A stretch of 64,000 nucleotides of DNA from Holophagaceae bacterium (GCA_013334395.1 JAAXXS010000003.1:10965-74964), one strand, 5' to 3'; shown: positions 1-10,485, counted from the stretch's first letter. Notes: a model not told the origin generated them from the letters alone. Made by a program: numbers and translations.

Positions 1-795
1 ACCTCCGCCCCGGAGAGCGCCCTCGCCACCGGTGAGAAGGTCATCAGTCCCCGGTTGCCCCTGGCCGCCCTGCCTGCCAGCCCCGCAGTCACTGCCACAC
101 CCATGCCCCACCTGGAGCGGCTGCTGCCTTACCAGGTGCGCGCCACCCCCCCGGCCAGCGGCCCCCTCGGCACCGCCGACCTGGATGCCCATCAGTCCCC
201 GGCCACGACCGCCCAACTGCTGGCCCGGCTGCAGCCCGTGATGCCGCCCATCACCGAGGCCGAGCTCAACGCCCTTCTGCCGACCTTCGCGCAGGCGGAC
301 CCGGAGCGCCTGGATCTCCTCTGGCCCGTGGAGACCCGAACCATCAGCTCGGCCTGGGGCCCCCGGATGCGCACCAAGACGGTCCGTGTGAAGGACCAGC
401 GGAAGAAGAAGGTGCGCTACAAGGGGCGCCACCGGGGCATCGACTTCAACGCGCCCACCGGCACCTCGGTCTTCGCCGCCCTCGACGGTCAGGTGGTGAC
501 GGCGGGACGCCATAAGCAGTACGGCAACTATGTCGTGGTGGAGCACGGCAACGGGGTCGTCACCCTCTATGCCCACCACAAGCTGAACCTGGTGCGGGAG
601 GGCGACATCGTCCGGCGCGGCCAGAAGATCGCCGAGGTCGGGCGCACCGGCAACGCCACTGGCCCCCACCTCCACTTCGAGCTCAAGGTGGACGGCATCC
701 AGCGCAACCCCCTGCCCGTTCTCAACGACGAGGAGGAGATCCCGGCGGAAGTGGCAGCCCACAACGCCCTCCTGGGAACCAGCACGGCGCACTGA
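1..795 (+). CDS. M23 family metallopeptidase (5' partial, frame open from window start)
   Basis: HRGIDF (HxxxD), YGNYVVVEH and HLHFE (HxH) zinc motifs; frame 1 has no stop from position 1. Confidence 0.9.
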   Translation, partial: TSAPESALATGEKVISPRLPLAALPASPAVTATPMPHLERLLPYQVRATPPASGPLGTADLDAHQSPATTAQLLARLQPVMPPITEAELNALLPTFAQADPERLDLLWPVETRTISSAWGPRMRTKTVRVKDQRKKKVRYKGRHRGIDFNAPTGTSVFAALDGQVVTAGRHKQYGNYVVVEHGNGVVTLYAHHKLNLVREGDIVRRGQKIAEVGRTGNATGPHLHFELKVDGIQRNPLPVLNDEEEIPAEVAAHNALLGTSTAH

Positions 796-904
796 ACTTC
801 CCCGCCCCCGGAAGCACTGGTAGGAAGCGTGCCCTCTGATCCTTGCGCGGGATCGCTTCAGATGGCCGTGATAGACTTGGTGTTTTCGCCGTTCCGAGGT
901 GGTC

Positions 905-2842
905 ATGCTGCTGTACCGAGCTTCCCTCCAGACCCTGGGGGCCATCGCGCTTCTGGCCCTGGCCTTGGCCTGCAATGGAGGTGGTGGCACTTCTGCCACC
1001 GCTGAAACAGTTGCGGTGATCTCGGGAACGGTCACCTATTCGCGGGTTCCTCTCGCCGTGGATGCCAGCGGCGTGCCCACGGGCCTGGCGGACTCGACTG
1101 TGGCGGCCAACCTCAAGAGCCTGCCTGCCCGAGGGGTTGTCCTCCGGATCTATCAGAAGGTCGAGCAGACCAAGCCGGATGGCACCAAGACACTTGTCTG
1201 GCAGCTCACCGGTAGCGGCTTCACGGACAGTTCCGGCAACTACTCCATGAGCGTCACCAAGGACCGGCCTACCCTGGTGGAGCTCCAGAGCTCCTTCGCG
1301 GGCGGTGGTAACAACCTCATCAACCTGATCGCAGAACCCGGCGGCTTCAGCAGCACCACCTTGAACTACAACCGCCTCCGTTACGGCATGCGCAAGGCCG
1401 CTGACGGGACCGCCTCGACCAGCACGAACAACGTACCCGCCTCGGTGCTCAGCGCCAACACCACGGTAAATTTCACTGTTGGCCTCGATGATCCCTGGTA
1501 TCTCGTGAATCCCGCCATCAGCCTCGGCACCTCCGAGGCCTCCGCGCTGCCCCTGGCTGTGCTCGAGACCACCATCTCCGGCCACACCCTGGGCACGGGC
1601 AGTCGCGTGCTCGGGATCGGGGATACCATCGCCACGTTCGTGGCCAACTACACCACTGCCACTCCCGGGGGCGCCCTGGATCTTCACTACTGGCGTGGCA
1701 ATGAGAGCCAGGGTTCCTTCATCGAATACGCCCGGGATCTGGTCCAGTTCCACGACCAGCTCTATGACCCTTCGAGCGGCTCCTATCACTTCCGGGGCGC
1801 GCTCAGGGCCGGCCCGAGCAATGACGATGCCTGGGATGAGGGGGTCATCATGCCCCTGCTGGCCCGGAACGCCCTCTATTCCGGCAACTTCGGCCGGACC
1901 TTCTCCACCCCCCTGAACCCGCTCTACCCCGCCGGTATCCCGCTCGACGACCTGAGCCCGGACATGGCAAGGATAGAAGGCCTGGCTGAGGCCATGGCCG
2001 CGAACCTCCTCAAGTCCCCTTACCTGGCGGACACCAAGGGCACCGTGCTCGCCTCCCCTGCCAAGGACATCCGCTCCTTCACAGTCCAGGGTCCCTATTC
2101 CGCGCCCGCCGTGCGCGCCCTCGCCTGGGGAGTGGTCCTCAAGGCCAACAACATCACCGCCCCCGGCCTGGCTGCCGACTGGGCCAACATGAACCCCCTG
2201 GCCGCAGTGCGCTTCTTCCAGTCACCGACCGCTTTGACAAATGGCGCCACCGACACCACGGCCCGGGACCTCGAGCCCCTGAACATCTACTCCCAGCTCA
2301 CCCGCCTCAAGGAGGCCAAGCTCTCCAGCGAGCCCGTCGACCTGGCGGCGATCTTCACGGATACTGTGCTGACCGCCCTCTCAGCCCCCGCTGGCCTCAC
2401 CTGGCCACGCGCCACCACCACTGCCGGCGCCCTCGCCACCCCCTTTGTCCTGAACTGGGGAACCGACCCCAATGTCACCACCACGGCCCTGTCCCCTGTG
2501 ACCCTCAGCATGGCCCAGGCGGTCCAGGCCGGCGCCACCTACCCCAACCTCAGCCAGGGAGAGGTCTTCTACGCAGGCTTCAGCCTTACCGTGGACAAGC
2601 GGTACAACCTCAGGGCCACCATCTCGCCCGCCCTGGGAACCGACGCCAGCCTGGACGTGGACCTGCCCATGCTGGGCCGCACCTTCAACTTCACCGGGTC
2701 GGGGCAGACCTTTGAGGCGGTGGTCATTCCCGTCTATACCACCGCACCCGTCTACCACCCTGTCCGGTTGCGGCTCAAGAGCGCCCTGTCGAAGCAGGCC
2801 GCGCCCGTGGCGGTGACAATCGCCTTCGTGCCTGCGCCCTGA
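905..2842 (+). CDS. Large Thr/Ala-rich lipoprotein of unknown function with a degenerate gluzincin-like region
   Basis: GAGG SD before ATG 905; hydrophobic signal ending in lipobox LALAC; DAWDEGVI...EGLAEAMA segment. Confidence 0.75.
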   Translation: MLLYRASLQTLGAIALLALALACNGGGGTSATAETVAVISGTVTYSRVPLAVDASGVPTGLADSTVAANLKSLPARGVVLRIYQKVEQTKPDGTKTLVWQLTGSGFTDSSGNYSMSVTKDRPTLVELQSSFAGGGNNLINLIAEPGGFSSTTLNYNRLRYGMRKAADGTASTSTNNVPASVLSANTTVNFTVGLDDPWYLVNPAISLGTSEASALPLAVLETTISGHTLGTGSRVLGIGDTIATFVANYTTATPGGALDLHYWRGNESQGSFIEYARDLVQFHDQLYDPSSGSYHFRGALRAGPSNDDAWDEGVIMPLLARNALYSGNFGRTFSTPLNPLYPAGIPLDDLSPDMARIEGLAEAMAANLLKSPYLADTKGTVLASPAKDIRSFTVQGPYSAPAVRALAWGVVLKANNITAPGLAADWANMNPLAAVRFFQSPTALTNGATDTTARDLEPLNIYSQLTRLKEAKLSSEPVDLAAIFTDTVLTALSAPAGLTWPRATTTAGALATPFVLNWGTDPNVTTTALSPVTLSMAQAVQAGATYPNLSQGEVFYAGFSLTVDKRYNLRATISPALGTDASLDVDLPMLGRTFNFTGSGQTFEAVVIPVYTTAPVYHPVRLRLKSALSKQAAPVAVTIAFVPAP

Positions 2843-2864
2843 TCCCCCGGCATCGGAGCCTCCC

Positions 2865-3680
2865 ATGACCGCCCTTGATGCGCTTCAGACCCTGAAAGTG
2901 CGAGCCCCTTTTGTGCCTGAGCTGGCCATCGTCCTGGGCTCCGGCCTTGGCGCCCTCGCCGACGGCCCTGAGGCGAAGGCCGGTCTCACCATTCCCTTCA
3001 CGGAGCTGCCGGGCTTCCCCGCCCCCACGGTGGCGGGTCATGGCGGGAAGCTGGTCTTCTGTGAGCTCGAAGGCCGCAAGGTGGTACTTCAGGCTGGCCG
3101 GTTTCACTTCTACGAGGGCCACCCCATGGACCTCGTGGTCACCCCCATGCGCCTCTATGGGCGGCTCGGCGTCAAGTCCGTGCTGCTGACTAACGCCGCC
3201 GGGGCCCTCAATACCGCCTTCGGCGTCGGGGAGCTCATGGCCCTCACGGACCACATCAACTTCTTCGGCACCAACCCGCTCATCGGACCCAACGTCGAGC
3301 CAGGGCCGCGCTTCCCGGACATGACCGCCATCTACGATCCGGCCTTCCGCAGCCTGCTACAGGACTGCGCCGGACAGCTCGGCCAGACTCTTCGCGAAGG
3401 CGTCTACCTGGGCCTCACCGGCCCCAGCTACGAGACACCGGCCGAGATCCGCGCCTTCCGTGTACTGGGCGCCGACGCCGTCGGCATGAGCACGGTGCCC
3501 GAGGCCATCGTGGCCCGCCAGGAGGGCATGCGAGTGGCCGGGATCTCGTGCCTCTGCAACATGGCCGCCGGCCTCCTGCCTCAGCCCCTGACCCACAAGG
3601 AAGTCCTCGAAGCCGGCGCCGGCGCCGCCGACCGCTTCGGCGCCCTGGTCCGAGCCTTCGTCAGCAGGCTGCCCAGGTAG
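2865..3680 (+). CDS. punA: Purine-nucleoside phosphorylase (PNP/MTAP family)
   Basis: IVLGSGLG, GRFHFYEG, LTNAAG, GPSYETPAE, VGMSTVPE and NMAAG motifs. Confidence 0.95.
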   Translation: MTALDALQTLKVRAPFVPELAIVLGSGLGALADGPEAKAGLTIPFTELPGFPAPTVAGHGGKLVFCELEGRKVVLQAGRFHFYEGHPMDLVVTPMRLYGRLGVKSVLLTNAAGALNTAFGVGELMALTDHINFFGTNPLIGPNVEPGPRFPDMTAIYDPAFRSLLQDCAGQLGQTLREGVYLGLTGPSYETPAEIRAFRVLGADAVGMSTVPEAIVARQEGMRVAGISCLCNMAAGLLPQPLTHKEVLEAGAGAADRFGALVRAFVSRLPR

Positions 3681-3703
3681 TTTTTTCGGCCCCTTGGGGC
3701 CGC

Positions 3704-3740
3704 ACAGCAAGAAGCCCGGCAACGCCGGGCTTCTTGCTGT
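3704..3740. terminator. Bidirectional intrinsic terminator-like hairpin between convergent punA and acs
   Basis: Perfect 17-bp inverted repeat acagcaagaagcccggc / aac / gccgggcttcttgctgt. Confidence 0.85.
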
Positions 3741-3760
3741 TGGACTAAAAAGAAAAAAGA

Positions 3761-5713
3761 TTATCCATTATTCTCTTGATGCTCCTCGATGAGCCGGTTG
3801 ACGACTTCCGGCTCGGCCAGGGTCGAGATGTCTCCCATGCCGTCGTATTCGGACGAGGCGATCTTGCGCAGGATGCGACGCATGATCTTGCCGCTGCGGG
3901 TCTTGGGCAGCCCCGAGGCGATGTGGATCACATCCGGGGCGGCGAAGGCGCCGATGACCTGGCGGACCTGCTCCTTGAGGGCGCCGATGAGCTGCTGGCT
4001 GCCGTTCTCCGCATAGCCATTGTTGAGCAGCACGTAGCAGTAGATGCCCTGGCCCTTGATGGGGTGCGGGTAGCCGACCACTGCCGCTTCGGCCACGGAT
4101 TCGTGCGCCACGAGGGCGCTCTCCACCTCGGCCGTGCCCAACCGGTGGCCGCTCACGTTGATCACGTCATCGATGCGGCCGGTGATCCAGTAGTAGCCGT
4201 CCTCATCCCGCCGCGCCCCGTCTCCGGTGAAGTAGTAGCCGGGATACTGGGTGAAGTAGGTCTCCCGGAACCGCTGGTGGTCCCCATGGACCGTGCGGGC
4301 CTGGCCGGGCCACGGGGCACCCAGGCAGAGGGCCCCGGAGACACCATTGCCCTCGAGGGGAACCCCGGTGGCCGCGTCCACGATCACCGGCTTGATGCCG
4401 AAGAAGGGCAGGGTGGCCGAGCCGGGCTTGGTGGGCGTGACGCCGGGCAGCGGGGTGATGAGGATGCCGCCCGTCTCCGTCTGCCACCAGGTGTCCACCA
4501 CGGTGCAGCGGCCGTCGCCGACCACGTCGTGATACCAGCGCCAGACTTCCGGGTTGATGGGCTCACCCACGGTGCCCAGCACCCGCAGGGAGGTCCGCTT
4601 GTACTTCTTGATCCAGTCGTCGCCGCACTGGGCCAGGGCCCGGAGCGCCGTGGGCGCGGTGTAGAAGATGTTCACGCCCAGGTCGTCGATGATCTGCCAG
4701 TAGCGACCGGCATCCGGATACAGCGGCGTGGACTCGAAGATCACCGAGGTGGCGCCGTTCGCCAGCGGCCCGTAGACGATGTAGCTGTGGCCGGTCACCC
4801 AGCCGATGTCGGCCGCGCAGAAGTAGATGTCGTCGGGATGGTAGTCGAAGACCAGCTTGTGGGTGTAGGCCGCGTAGGTCAGGTAGCCGCCGGTGGTGTG
4901 CAGCAGGCCCTTGGGCTTCCCGGTGCTGCCAGACGTGTAGAGGATGAAGAGCGGGTCCTCCGCGCCCATCCACTCGTTGGTGCAGGTGGAGCGCTGCTTG
5001 GCGGTCTCATCATCCAGCCACAGGTCGCGACCGGGCTGCATGGGGACGTCACTGTCGGTCCGCCGGGCCACCAGCACCGTCTCCACCAGGGACATGCCCT
5101 CGATGGCCCGATCCACGGTGCGCTTGAGGGGCACCTTCTTCCCGCCGCGGAGACCCTCGTTGGCGGTGACCACCACCTTGCACTTGGCGTCCACGATGCG
5201 GTCGCGCAGGGACTCGGCCGAGAATCCGCCGAACACCACCGAGTGCACGGCACCGATGCGGGCGCAGGCCAGCATGGTGTAGACCAGCTCGGGGATCATG
5301 GTCAGGTAGAGGCAGACGCGGTCACCCTTCTTGACCCCGTTGTGCAAAAGGACATTGGCCACCCGGGCCACGTGGTGCTTGAGGTCCCGGTAGCTGATGT
5401 GGGTGTACTGGCCGGGCTCGTCCTGGGCCCAGATGATCGCGGTCTTGTCCCCCAGGTGGGGCAGATGCCGGTCGACGCAGTTGAAGCAGGCGTTGACGCG
5501 CCCGCCCAGGAACCAGGAGAAGTCCACCTCCTTGTAGTCGGCGTCAAAGACTGACTGCCAGGGGTGGAACCAGGTCAGGGTCTTGGCCTGCTCACCCCAG
5601 AACCACTCGGGGTTGTCCAGGGAGAGGCGATAGAGCCTCTGGTATTCCTCCATGGTCTTGATGTGGGCCCGCTCCCGGATGTGCGGCTTCACGGGAAAGA
5701 GGTCTTGGGACAT
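3761..5713 (-). CDS. acs: Acetyl-CoA synthetase (acetate--CoA ligase)
   Basis: [21 protein letters not shown] and [12 protein letters not shown] (acetylatable Lys) motifs; GGAG SD. Confidence 0.97.
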   Translation of the reverse strand: MSQDLFPVKPHIRERAHIKTMEEYQRLYRLSLDNPEWFWGEQAKTLTWFHPWQSVFDADYKEVDFSWFLGGRVNACFNCVDRHLPHLGDKTAIIWAQDEPGQYTHISYRDLKHHVARVANVLLHNGVKKGDRVCLYLTMIPELVYTMLACARIGAVHSVVFGGFSAESLRDRIVDAKCKVVVTANEGLRGGKKVPLKRTVDRAIEGMSLVETVLVARRTDSDVPMQPGRDLWLDDETAKQRSTCTNEWMGAEDPLFILYTSGSTGKPKGLLHTTGGYLTYAAYTHKLVFDYHPDDIYFCAADIGWVTGHSYIVYGPLANGATSVIFESTPLYPDAGRYWQIIDDLGVNIFYTAPTALRALAQCGDDWIKKYKRTSLRVLGTVGEPINPEVWRWYHDVVGDGRCTVVDTWWQTETGGILITPLPGVTPTKPGSATLPFFGIKPVIVDAATGVPLEGNGVSGALCLGAPWPGQARTVHGDHQRFRETYFTQYPGYYFTGDGARRDEDGYYWITGRIDDVINVSGHRLGTAEVESALVAHESVAEAAVVGYPHPIKGQGIYCYVLLNNGYAENGSQQLIGALKEQVRQVIGAFAAPDVIHIASGLPKTRSGKIMRRILRKIASSEYDGMGDISTLAEPEVVNRLIEEHQENNG

Positions 5714-5928
5714 GGTTCAGCTCCGTGCCAGGGTTGATGCGGGGAATGAGAGGTTGGAAGGCACCGCGCCTGTCGGGCCAGGGCCGTGGTTCCACGCGTT
5801 TCCGGGATGGGTGGGGAAGGATGGGGGGCTGGGGTGGCGATCATTGTCCAGCCCGGGGTATGCCCTTGTCCAGTGCGCGGCGCGGGAGTCAGGTTCCACC
5901 CGTCTGCCAAGGTGTCGCCCCGGGAAGT

Positions 5929-6001
5929 GGGAGAGCCGGGCGATGGATTCCTCCGATCACCCGGCTCCCCATCAGGCCTTCAGCGTCAGGGACGCCGAAG
6001 G
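5929..6001 (-). other. Two tandem GC-rich hairpins between the MFS gene and acs
   Basis: Imperfect inverted repeats at 5929-5970 and 5977-6001; no clear U-tract. Confidence 0.5.
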
Positions 6002-6007
6002 GTCAAG

Positions 6008-7669
6008 TCAGTGCTGGTAGGTGCTGATGTCCCGGTCCTTGGTTTCCTTCAGGAACAGGGCGCCGATGACCACGGTGATGAGCGCCACGATGATCGGATA
6101 CCAGAGGCCGTAGTAGATGTTGCCCTTCAGGGCCACGATTGCCGTCGCGATGAGGGGCAGCATGCCGCCGAACCAGCCGTTGCCGATGTGGTAGGGCAGC
6201 GACATGGAGGTGTAGCGGATGTTGGTGGGGAAGAGCTCCACCAGGAAGGCCGCGATGGGCCCGTAGACCATGGTCACGTAGATGAGCATGATGAACAGGA
6301 TCAGCAGGGTCATGGGGTAGTTGACCTTGGACTTGTCGGCTTCCTTGGGATAGCCCAGGTCGGCCAGCGCCTTCTTGAGGGAGGCTTCCGAGGCGGCGCT
6401 CCAGCCCTCGACCGTGGTGGTGGTGACCTGGCCGGTGGTGGGGTTCTTGCCCTGGAGGGTCGCAACGACCTTCTTGCCCGGAATGGGAGCGACCTTGTTG
6501 AAGTTGAGGCCCTGCTTGCCGAAGAAGTCGTTCACGCGGTCCAGCTCGGAAAACTTGCTCCAGGGGCCCACGAATAGGTTGAAGGTCTCGTCGGCAGGGT
6601 TCCCGGCCACGGTGATGACGGTGGTGTTCTGGAACGTCTCGAGGGCGGGGTTCACGTAGTGGGTGAGGGCCTTGAAGAGCGGGAAGAAGGTGAGGGCGGC
6701 AATGAGGCAGCCGGCGAGGATGATCTTTAAGCGGCCGATCTTGTCCGACAGCCAGCCGAAGAAGATGAAGAAGGGCGTGCCCAGGAGCAGCGACGTGCCG
6801 ATCAGGATGTAGGTGGTGGCGAAGTCCAGCTTCAGGGTGATCTGGATGAAGAACAGCGCGTAGAACTGGCCGGTATACCAGACCACACCCTGGCCAGCGG
6901 TGGCGCCCAGGAGGGCGAGGAGGGCGTACTTGTTGTTGGGGTACTTGAGGAAGCTGTCGGAGAGGGGGGCCTTGGAGGTCTTGCCCTCGGCCTTCATCTT
7001 GGTGAAGACAGGAGACTCATGCAGCTTGAGGCGGATCCAGACGGAGACGCCGAGCAGGAAGATGGACATCCAGAAGGGAATGCGCCAGCCCCAGGTTGCG
7101 AAGGCTTCCTTGGTCATGGTGGAGCGGCAGGTCAGGATGATGCCAAGGCAGAGGAAGAAGCCCACGGTGGCCGTGGTCTGGATCCAGCTGGTGTTGTAGC
7201 CGCGGCGGTCATGGGCGGAGTGCTCGGCCACGTAGGTGGCTGCACCGCCGTACTCACCGCCCAGGGCCAGGCCCTGGAACAGGCGCAGGGTGACCATGAT
7301 GATGGGGGCCCACCAGCCGATGGAGGAGAAGGTCGGCAGGAGGCCGACACCGAAGGTGGAGAGGCCCATGACCACGATGGTCACGAGGAAGGTGTATTTC
7401 CGGCCGATCAGATCGCCGATGCGACCGAACACCAGGGCGCCGAAGGGCCGGACCAGGAACCCGGCAGCGTAGGCAGCGAAGGCAGAGAGCAGGGCCGCCG
7501 TCTCGTTCCCCTTGGGGAAGAAGAGGGTGGCGAAGAAGGGCGCCAGGGTGGCGTAGAGGTAGAAGTCGTACCACTCGAACACCGTCCCCACGGAGGAGGC
7601 GATGATCACCATCCGTTCTTCCTTGGTAAGGGGGGTCCTTTCGGCGACTTTTTCAGTTGCGATGGCCAT
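6008..7669 (-). CDS. MFS transporter, metabolite:H+ symporter (MHS)-like, 553 aa
   Basis: GTVFEWYDF, RPFGALVFGRIGDLIGRK, RLFQGLALGGEYGGA and ELFPTNIRY motifs; AAGGAGG SD before ATG 7669, so the track's 7981 start is over-extended. Confidence 0.93.
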   Translation of the reverse strand: MAIATEKVAERTPLTKEERMVIIASSVGTVFEWYDFYLYATLAPFFATLFFPKGNETAALLSAFAAYAAGFLVRPFGALVFGRIGDLIGRKYTFLVTIVVMGLSTFGVGLLPTFSSIGWWAPIIMVTLRLFQGLALGGEYGGAATYVAEHSAHDRRGYNTSWIQTTATVGFFLCLGIILTCRSTMTKEAFATWGWRIPFWMSIFLLGVSVWIRLKLHESPVFTKMKAEGKTSKAPLSDSFLKYPNNKYALLALLGATAGQGVVWYTGQFYALFFIQITLKLDFATTYILIGTSLLLGTPFFIFFGWLSDKIGRLKIILAGCLIAALTFFPLFKALTHYVNPALETFQNTTVITVAGNPADETFNLFVGPWSKFSELDRVNDFFGKQGLNFNKVAPIPGKKVVATLQGKNPTTGQVTTTTVEGWSAASEASLKKALADLGYPKEADKSKVNYPMTLLILFIMLIYVTMVYGPIAAFLVELFPTNIRYTSMSLPYHIGNGWFGGMLPLIATAIVALKGNIYYGLWYPIIVALITVVIGALFLKETKDRDISTYQH

Positions 7670-8236
7670 GTTGTCTTGCCTCCTTGGGGTGAAGATGGGG
7701 TTGGATCTTGACTGCGAACGGTCGTGAAGTCGGATTGGGCCGGCCTTGGCTCCAGATGTCATTCCTCCTTCAAAATCCCCCTTCTGGGTGCCGACTCGGC
7801 CAGGGTCGACAGCGTTCCTGCCATCTGTCCAGATCACTCCGGAACAGGAGACAACGAAATCTAAAGCGTTATAAGAACCACGACGGACTGGCCATCGTAT
7901 GGATCGAGTTGGTTGGGTAGGCTGTCCCCTAGGTAACGCCTTCCTCCGGGTAAGGTCAAGAGAGATTCCACCCGTTTGCATTAAATTTTTTAGGATGCGA
8001 ACAAAATCACAAAACTTGATTTAAAAGGATGTTCAGATCGTCTACGGCTTGGTTGTCCAAATATTTTTCCATCCTTTTCCCAATCAAATCCAAACATCGG
8101 CTTGTAATTTATCGTCGTCCAAATATCAGGGCATCAAAGCTTTTTGCCCCCAGGCTTGGCGAAACCCGGTTGTCCAGGGTGCCGGATCCCTCCGACCCCC
8201 TATCATGTTCAGAACCCCCCATCCCCAGGACACCCC

Positions 8237-8977
8237 ATGCGCATTGCCCTCATGGCCGACCTCCACGCCAACCGGCGCGCGCTGGAAGCCTGCCTGGACC
8301 ATGCCCAGAGGCACGCGGTGGATCGATTGGTCTTTCTGGGAGACTACGTCGGCTACGGCCCCGAGCCCAGCGAGACCCTGGCGCGGGTCATGGCCGAGAC
8401 CGCGAAGGGCGCCATCGCCGTCGCCGGGAACCATGACCAGGCCGTTGGGCAGGAACGCGAGACCATGACCTCCGATGCGGAATTCGCCATGGCCTGGACC
8501 CGCGGCCAGCTGGACACCGAGGCGCGGGAGTTCCTGGCCAGCCTGCCCCTGCGCTTCGAGGACGACACTCGCCTCTACGTACATGCCAGCCCCCAGACCT
8601 ATCCTGCCTGGATCTACGTGAACGACGGTCCCGCCGCCAAACGGGCCCTGGAGGCCAGCCGGGCCCAGACGGTCTTCTGCGGGCACACGCATGTCGCCGC
8701 GCTGCATGGCATCACGGCCACTGGACAGCTGGTGTCCTTTCAGCCCGTGCCCTCGGTCGCGATTCCCCTGCCCCGGCACCGCCGCTGGCTGACGGTCGTC
8801 GGCGCCGTGGGCCAGGCCCGCGACGGGGACCCGGCGGCCGCCTACGCGCTGCTCGATACCAACCGGTCCGAGATCACGCACTTCCGGGTTCCCTACGATG
8901 TGGAGGCCGCGGCGGTGGCCATCCTGCGCGCCGGGCTGCCCGCCTCCCTCGCCGCACGACTCCGGAAGGGATCCTGA
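8237..8977 (+). CDS. Metallophosphoesterase (calcineurin-like/YfcE-type, putative protein phosphatase)
   Basis: DLHAN, GDYVGYG, GNHD, GHTH and GAVGQARDG motifs; AGGA SD before ATG 8237. Confidence 0.9.
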   Translation: MRIALMADLHANRRALEACLDHAQRHAVDRLVFLGDYVGYGPEPSETLARVMAETAKGAIAVAGNHDQAVGQERETMTSDAEFAMAWTRGQLDTEAREFLASLPLRFEDDTRLYVHASPQTYPAWIYVNDGPAAKRALEASRAQTVFCGHTHVAALHGITATGQLVSFQPVPSVAIPLPRHRRWLTVVGAVGQARDGDPAAAYALLDTNRSEITHFRVPYDVEAAAVAILRAGLPASLAARLRKGS

Positions 8978-8980
8978 GCC

Positions 8981-10435
8981 ATGACGGGACCGCACATCGA
9001 GACCGGAGGCACGCTGGACGGCTTCCTGATCGGGGAGAGGATCCACCGCGGTGGCATGGCCTCCATCTGGTCCGTGACCCACCCGGACCACAGCTTCCCG
9101 CTCCTGATGAAGGTGCCGGTCATGTCCGAGGGCGTCGATCCCGCCGCCATCGTCGGGTTCGAGATGGAGCAGATGATCCTGCCGCGCCTCTCGGGCCCCC
9201 ATGTCCCCCGCTTCGCCGCCCAGGGCGACTTCGATGTCCAGCCCTACCTGGTCATGGAGCGCATCCCCGGCCCCTCCCTGCTGCCCCTTCTGACGGAGCT
9301 CCCCCTGCCCTGGCAGGCCGTGGCCAAGCTGGGCACGCGGATCGCCCTCGCCCTGGATGACCTGCACCGCCAGCACGTGGTGCATCTTGACGTGAAGCCC
9401 TCCAACCTGCTCTCGCGGCCCACGGGCGAGATCGTGCTCGTGGACTACGGCCTCTCCCACCACGATGAGCTTCCGGACCTGATGGGCGAGGAGTTCCGGC
9501 TGCCTTACGGCACCGCACCCTACATGGCTCCGGAGCAGGTCCTGGGCCAGCGCCGCGATCCCCGCAGCGACCAGTTCGCCCTGGGGGTCCTGCTGTACTT
9601 CTTCCTCACCGGCGTGCGGCCCTTCGGCGATCCCCAGCGTCTGGCGGGCCTGAAGCGGCGCCTCTGGCGCGACCCCGTCCCGCCCCGGAAGCTGCGCCCG
9701 GACTGCCCTCCCTGGCTGCAGGAGGTGATCCTCCGCTGTCTGGAGGTGCATCCGGCCTGGCGTTACCCCACCGCCGCCCACCTGGCCATGGCCCTGCAGC
9801 ATCCGGACCAGGTCAAGCTGACGGCTCGCTCCGAGCGGCTCAAGCAGGATCCCTTCACCACGGTCCTGCGCCGCCGCTTCCGGGAACAGCCCCAGGTCTC
9901 GGCCATGGCCAAGGCGCCCGCCCGGCACGACGGGGATGCGCCGATCCTGGCCGTCGCCATTGACCTCTCACCCGCCGCCGCTCCCATCGCCGAGACCCTG
10001 CGCACCATGGTCGCAAGGATGCTCACCACGCTGCCAGGCGCCCGGGTTGCCTGCCTGAACGTCCTGAAGCAGGGGCGCATCACCCTGGACCAGACCCTGG
10101 ACGCCCAGGGGCGAAACATCCACCACCAGCGCCTGGTGGAGCTGCGGAACTGGGCCATTCCCCTCGACCTAGACGAGGGCCGCATCAGCTTCCACGTCCT
10201 CGAGTCGACAGATCCCGCCTCGGCGATTCTCCAGTACACCAGCTCGAACCAGGTCGATCACCTGGTCCTGGGCGCCCGGGCCAGCTCCCTGCGGCGTACG
10301 CTGCTGGGCAGCGTGTCCAGTCAGGTGGCCGCCCAGGCGCCCTGCACGGTGACCGTGGTGCGCTCACGCCGGATGCGCACCGCAGTCATCACCGTAAGCC
10401 ACGAGGAGGATTCCGATTCCTGGACGGTGGGCTGA
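8981..10435 (+). CDS. Ser/Thr protein kinase with C-terminal universal stress protein (USP) domain
   Basis: RGGMA G-loop, HLDVKPSN, DYG, YMAPE; C-terminal ILAVAID...DHLVLGAR...LLGSVS USP pattern. Confidence 0.9.
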   Translation: MTGPHIETGGTLDGFLIGERIHRGGMASIWSVTHPDHSFPLLMKVPVMSEGVDPAAIVGFEMEQMILPRLSGPHVPRFAAQGDFDVQPYLVMERIPGPSLLPLLTELPLPWQAVAKLGTRIALALDDLHRQHVVHLDVKPSNLLSRPTGEIVLVDYGLSHHDELPDLMGEEFRLPYGTAPYMAPEQVLGQRRDPRSDQFALGVLLYFFLTGVRPFGDPQRLAGLKRRLWRDPVPPRKLRPDCPPWLQEVILRCLEVHPAWRYPTAAHLAMALQHPDQVKLTARSERLKQDPFTTVLRRRFREQPQVSAMAKAPARHDGDAPILAVAIDLSPAAAPIAETLRTMVARMLTTLPGARVACLNVLKQGRITLDQTLDAQGRNIHHQRLVELRNWAIPLDLDEGRISFHVLESTDPASAILQYTSSNQVDHLVLGARASSLRRTLLGSVSSQVAAQAPCTVTVVRSRRMRTAVITVSHEEDSDSWTVG

Positions 10436-10440
10436 AAGCA

Positions 10441-10466
10441 AAACGCCCCGGTGAACCGGGGCGTTT
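10441..10466. terminator. Bidirectional terminator between the kinase gene and rplQ (end of the r-protein superoperon)
   Basis: aaacgccccgg-tgaa-ccggggcgttt, 11-bp stem. Confidence 0.85.
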
Positions 10467-10485
10467 CAGGTTTGGTGGTGACAGC

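Noticed and set aside
3776-5554. Long antisense ORFs (also 25676-28429, 30255-32282, 46380-48932, 8126-9928 and others)
   Set aside because: Shadow ORFs opposite well-supported genes, expected from high GC3 codon bias; no motifs.
7670-7981. N-terminal extensions in the ORF track (MFS, also rplE, rpsL, rpsJ, pheT, rplD)
   Set aside because: Downstream starts have clear SD sequences or stop/start overlaps and match the family N-termini.
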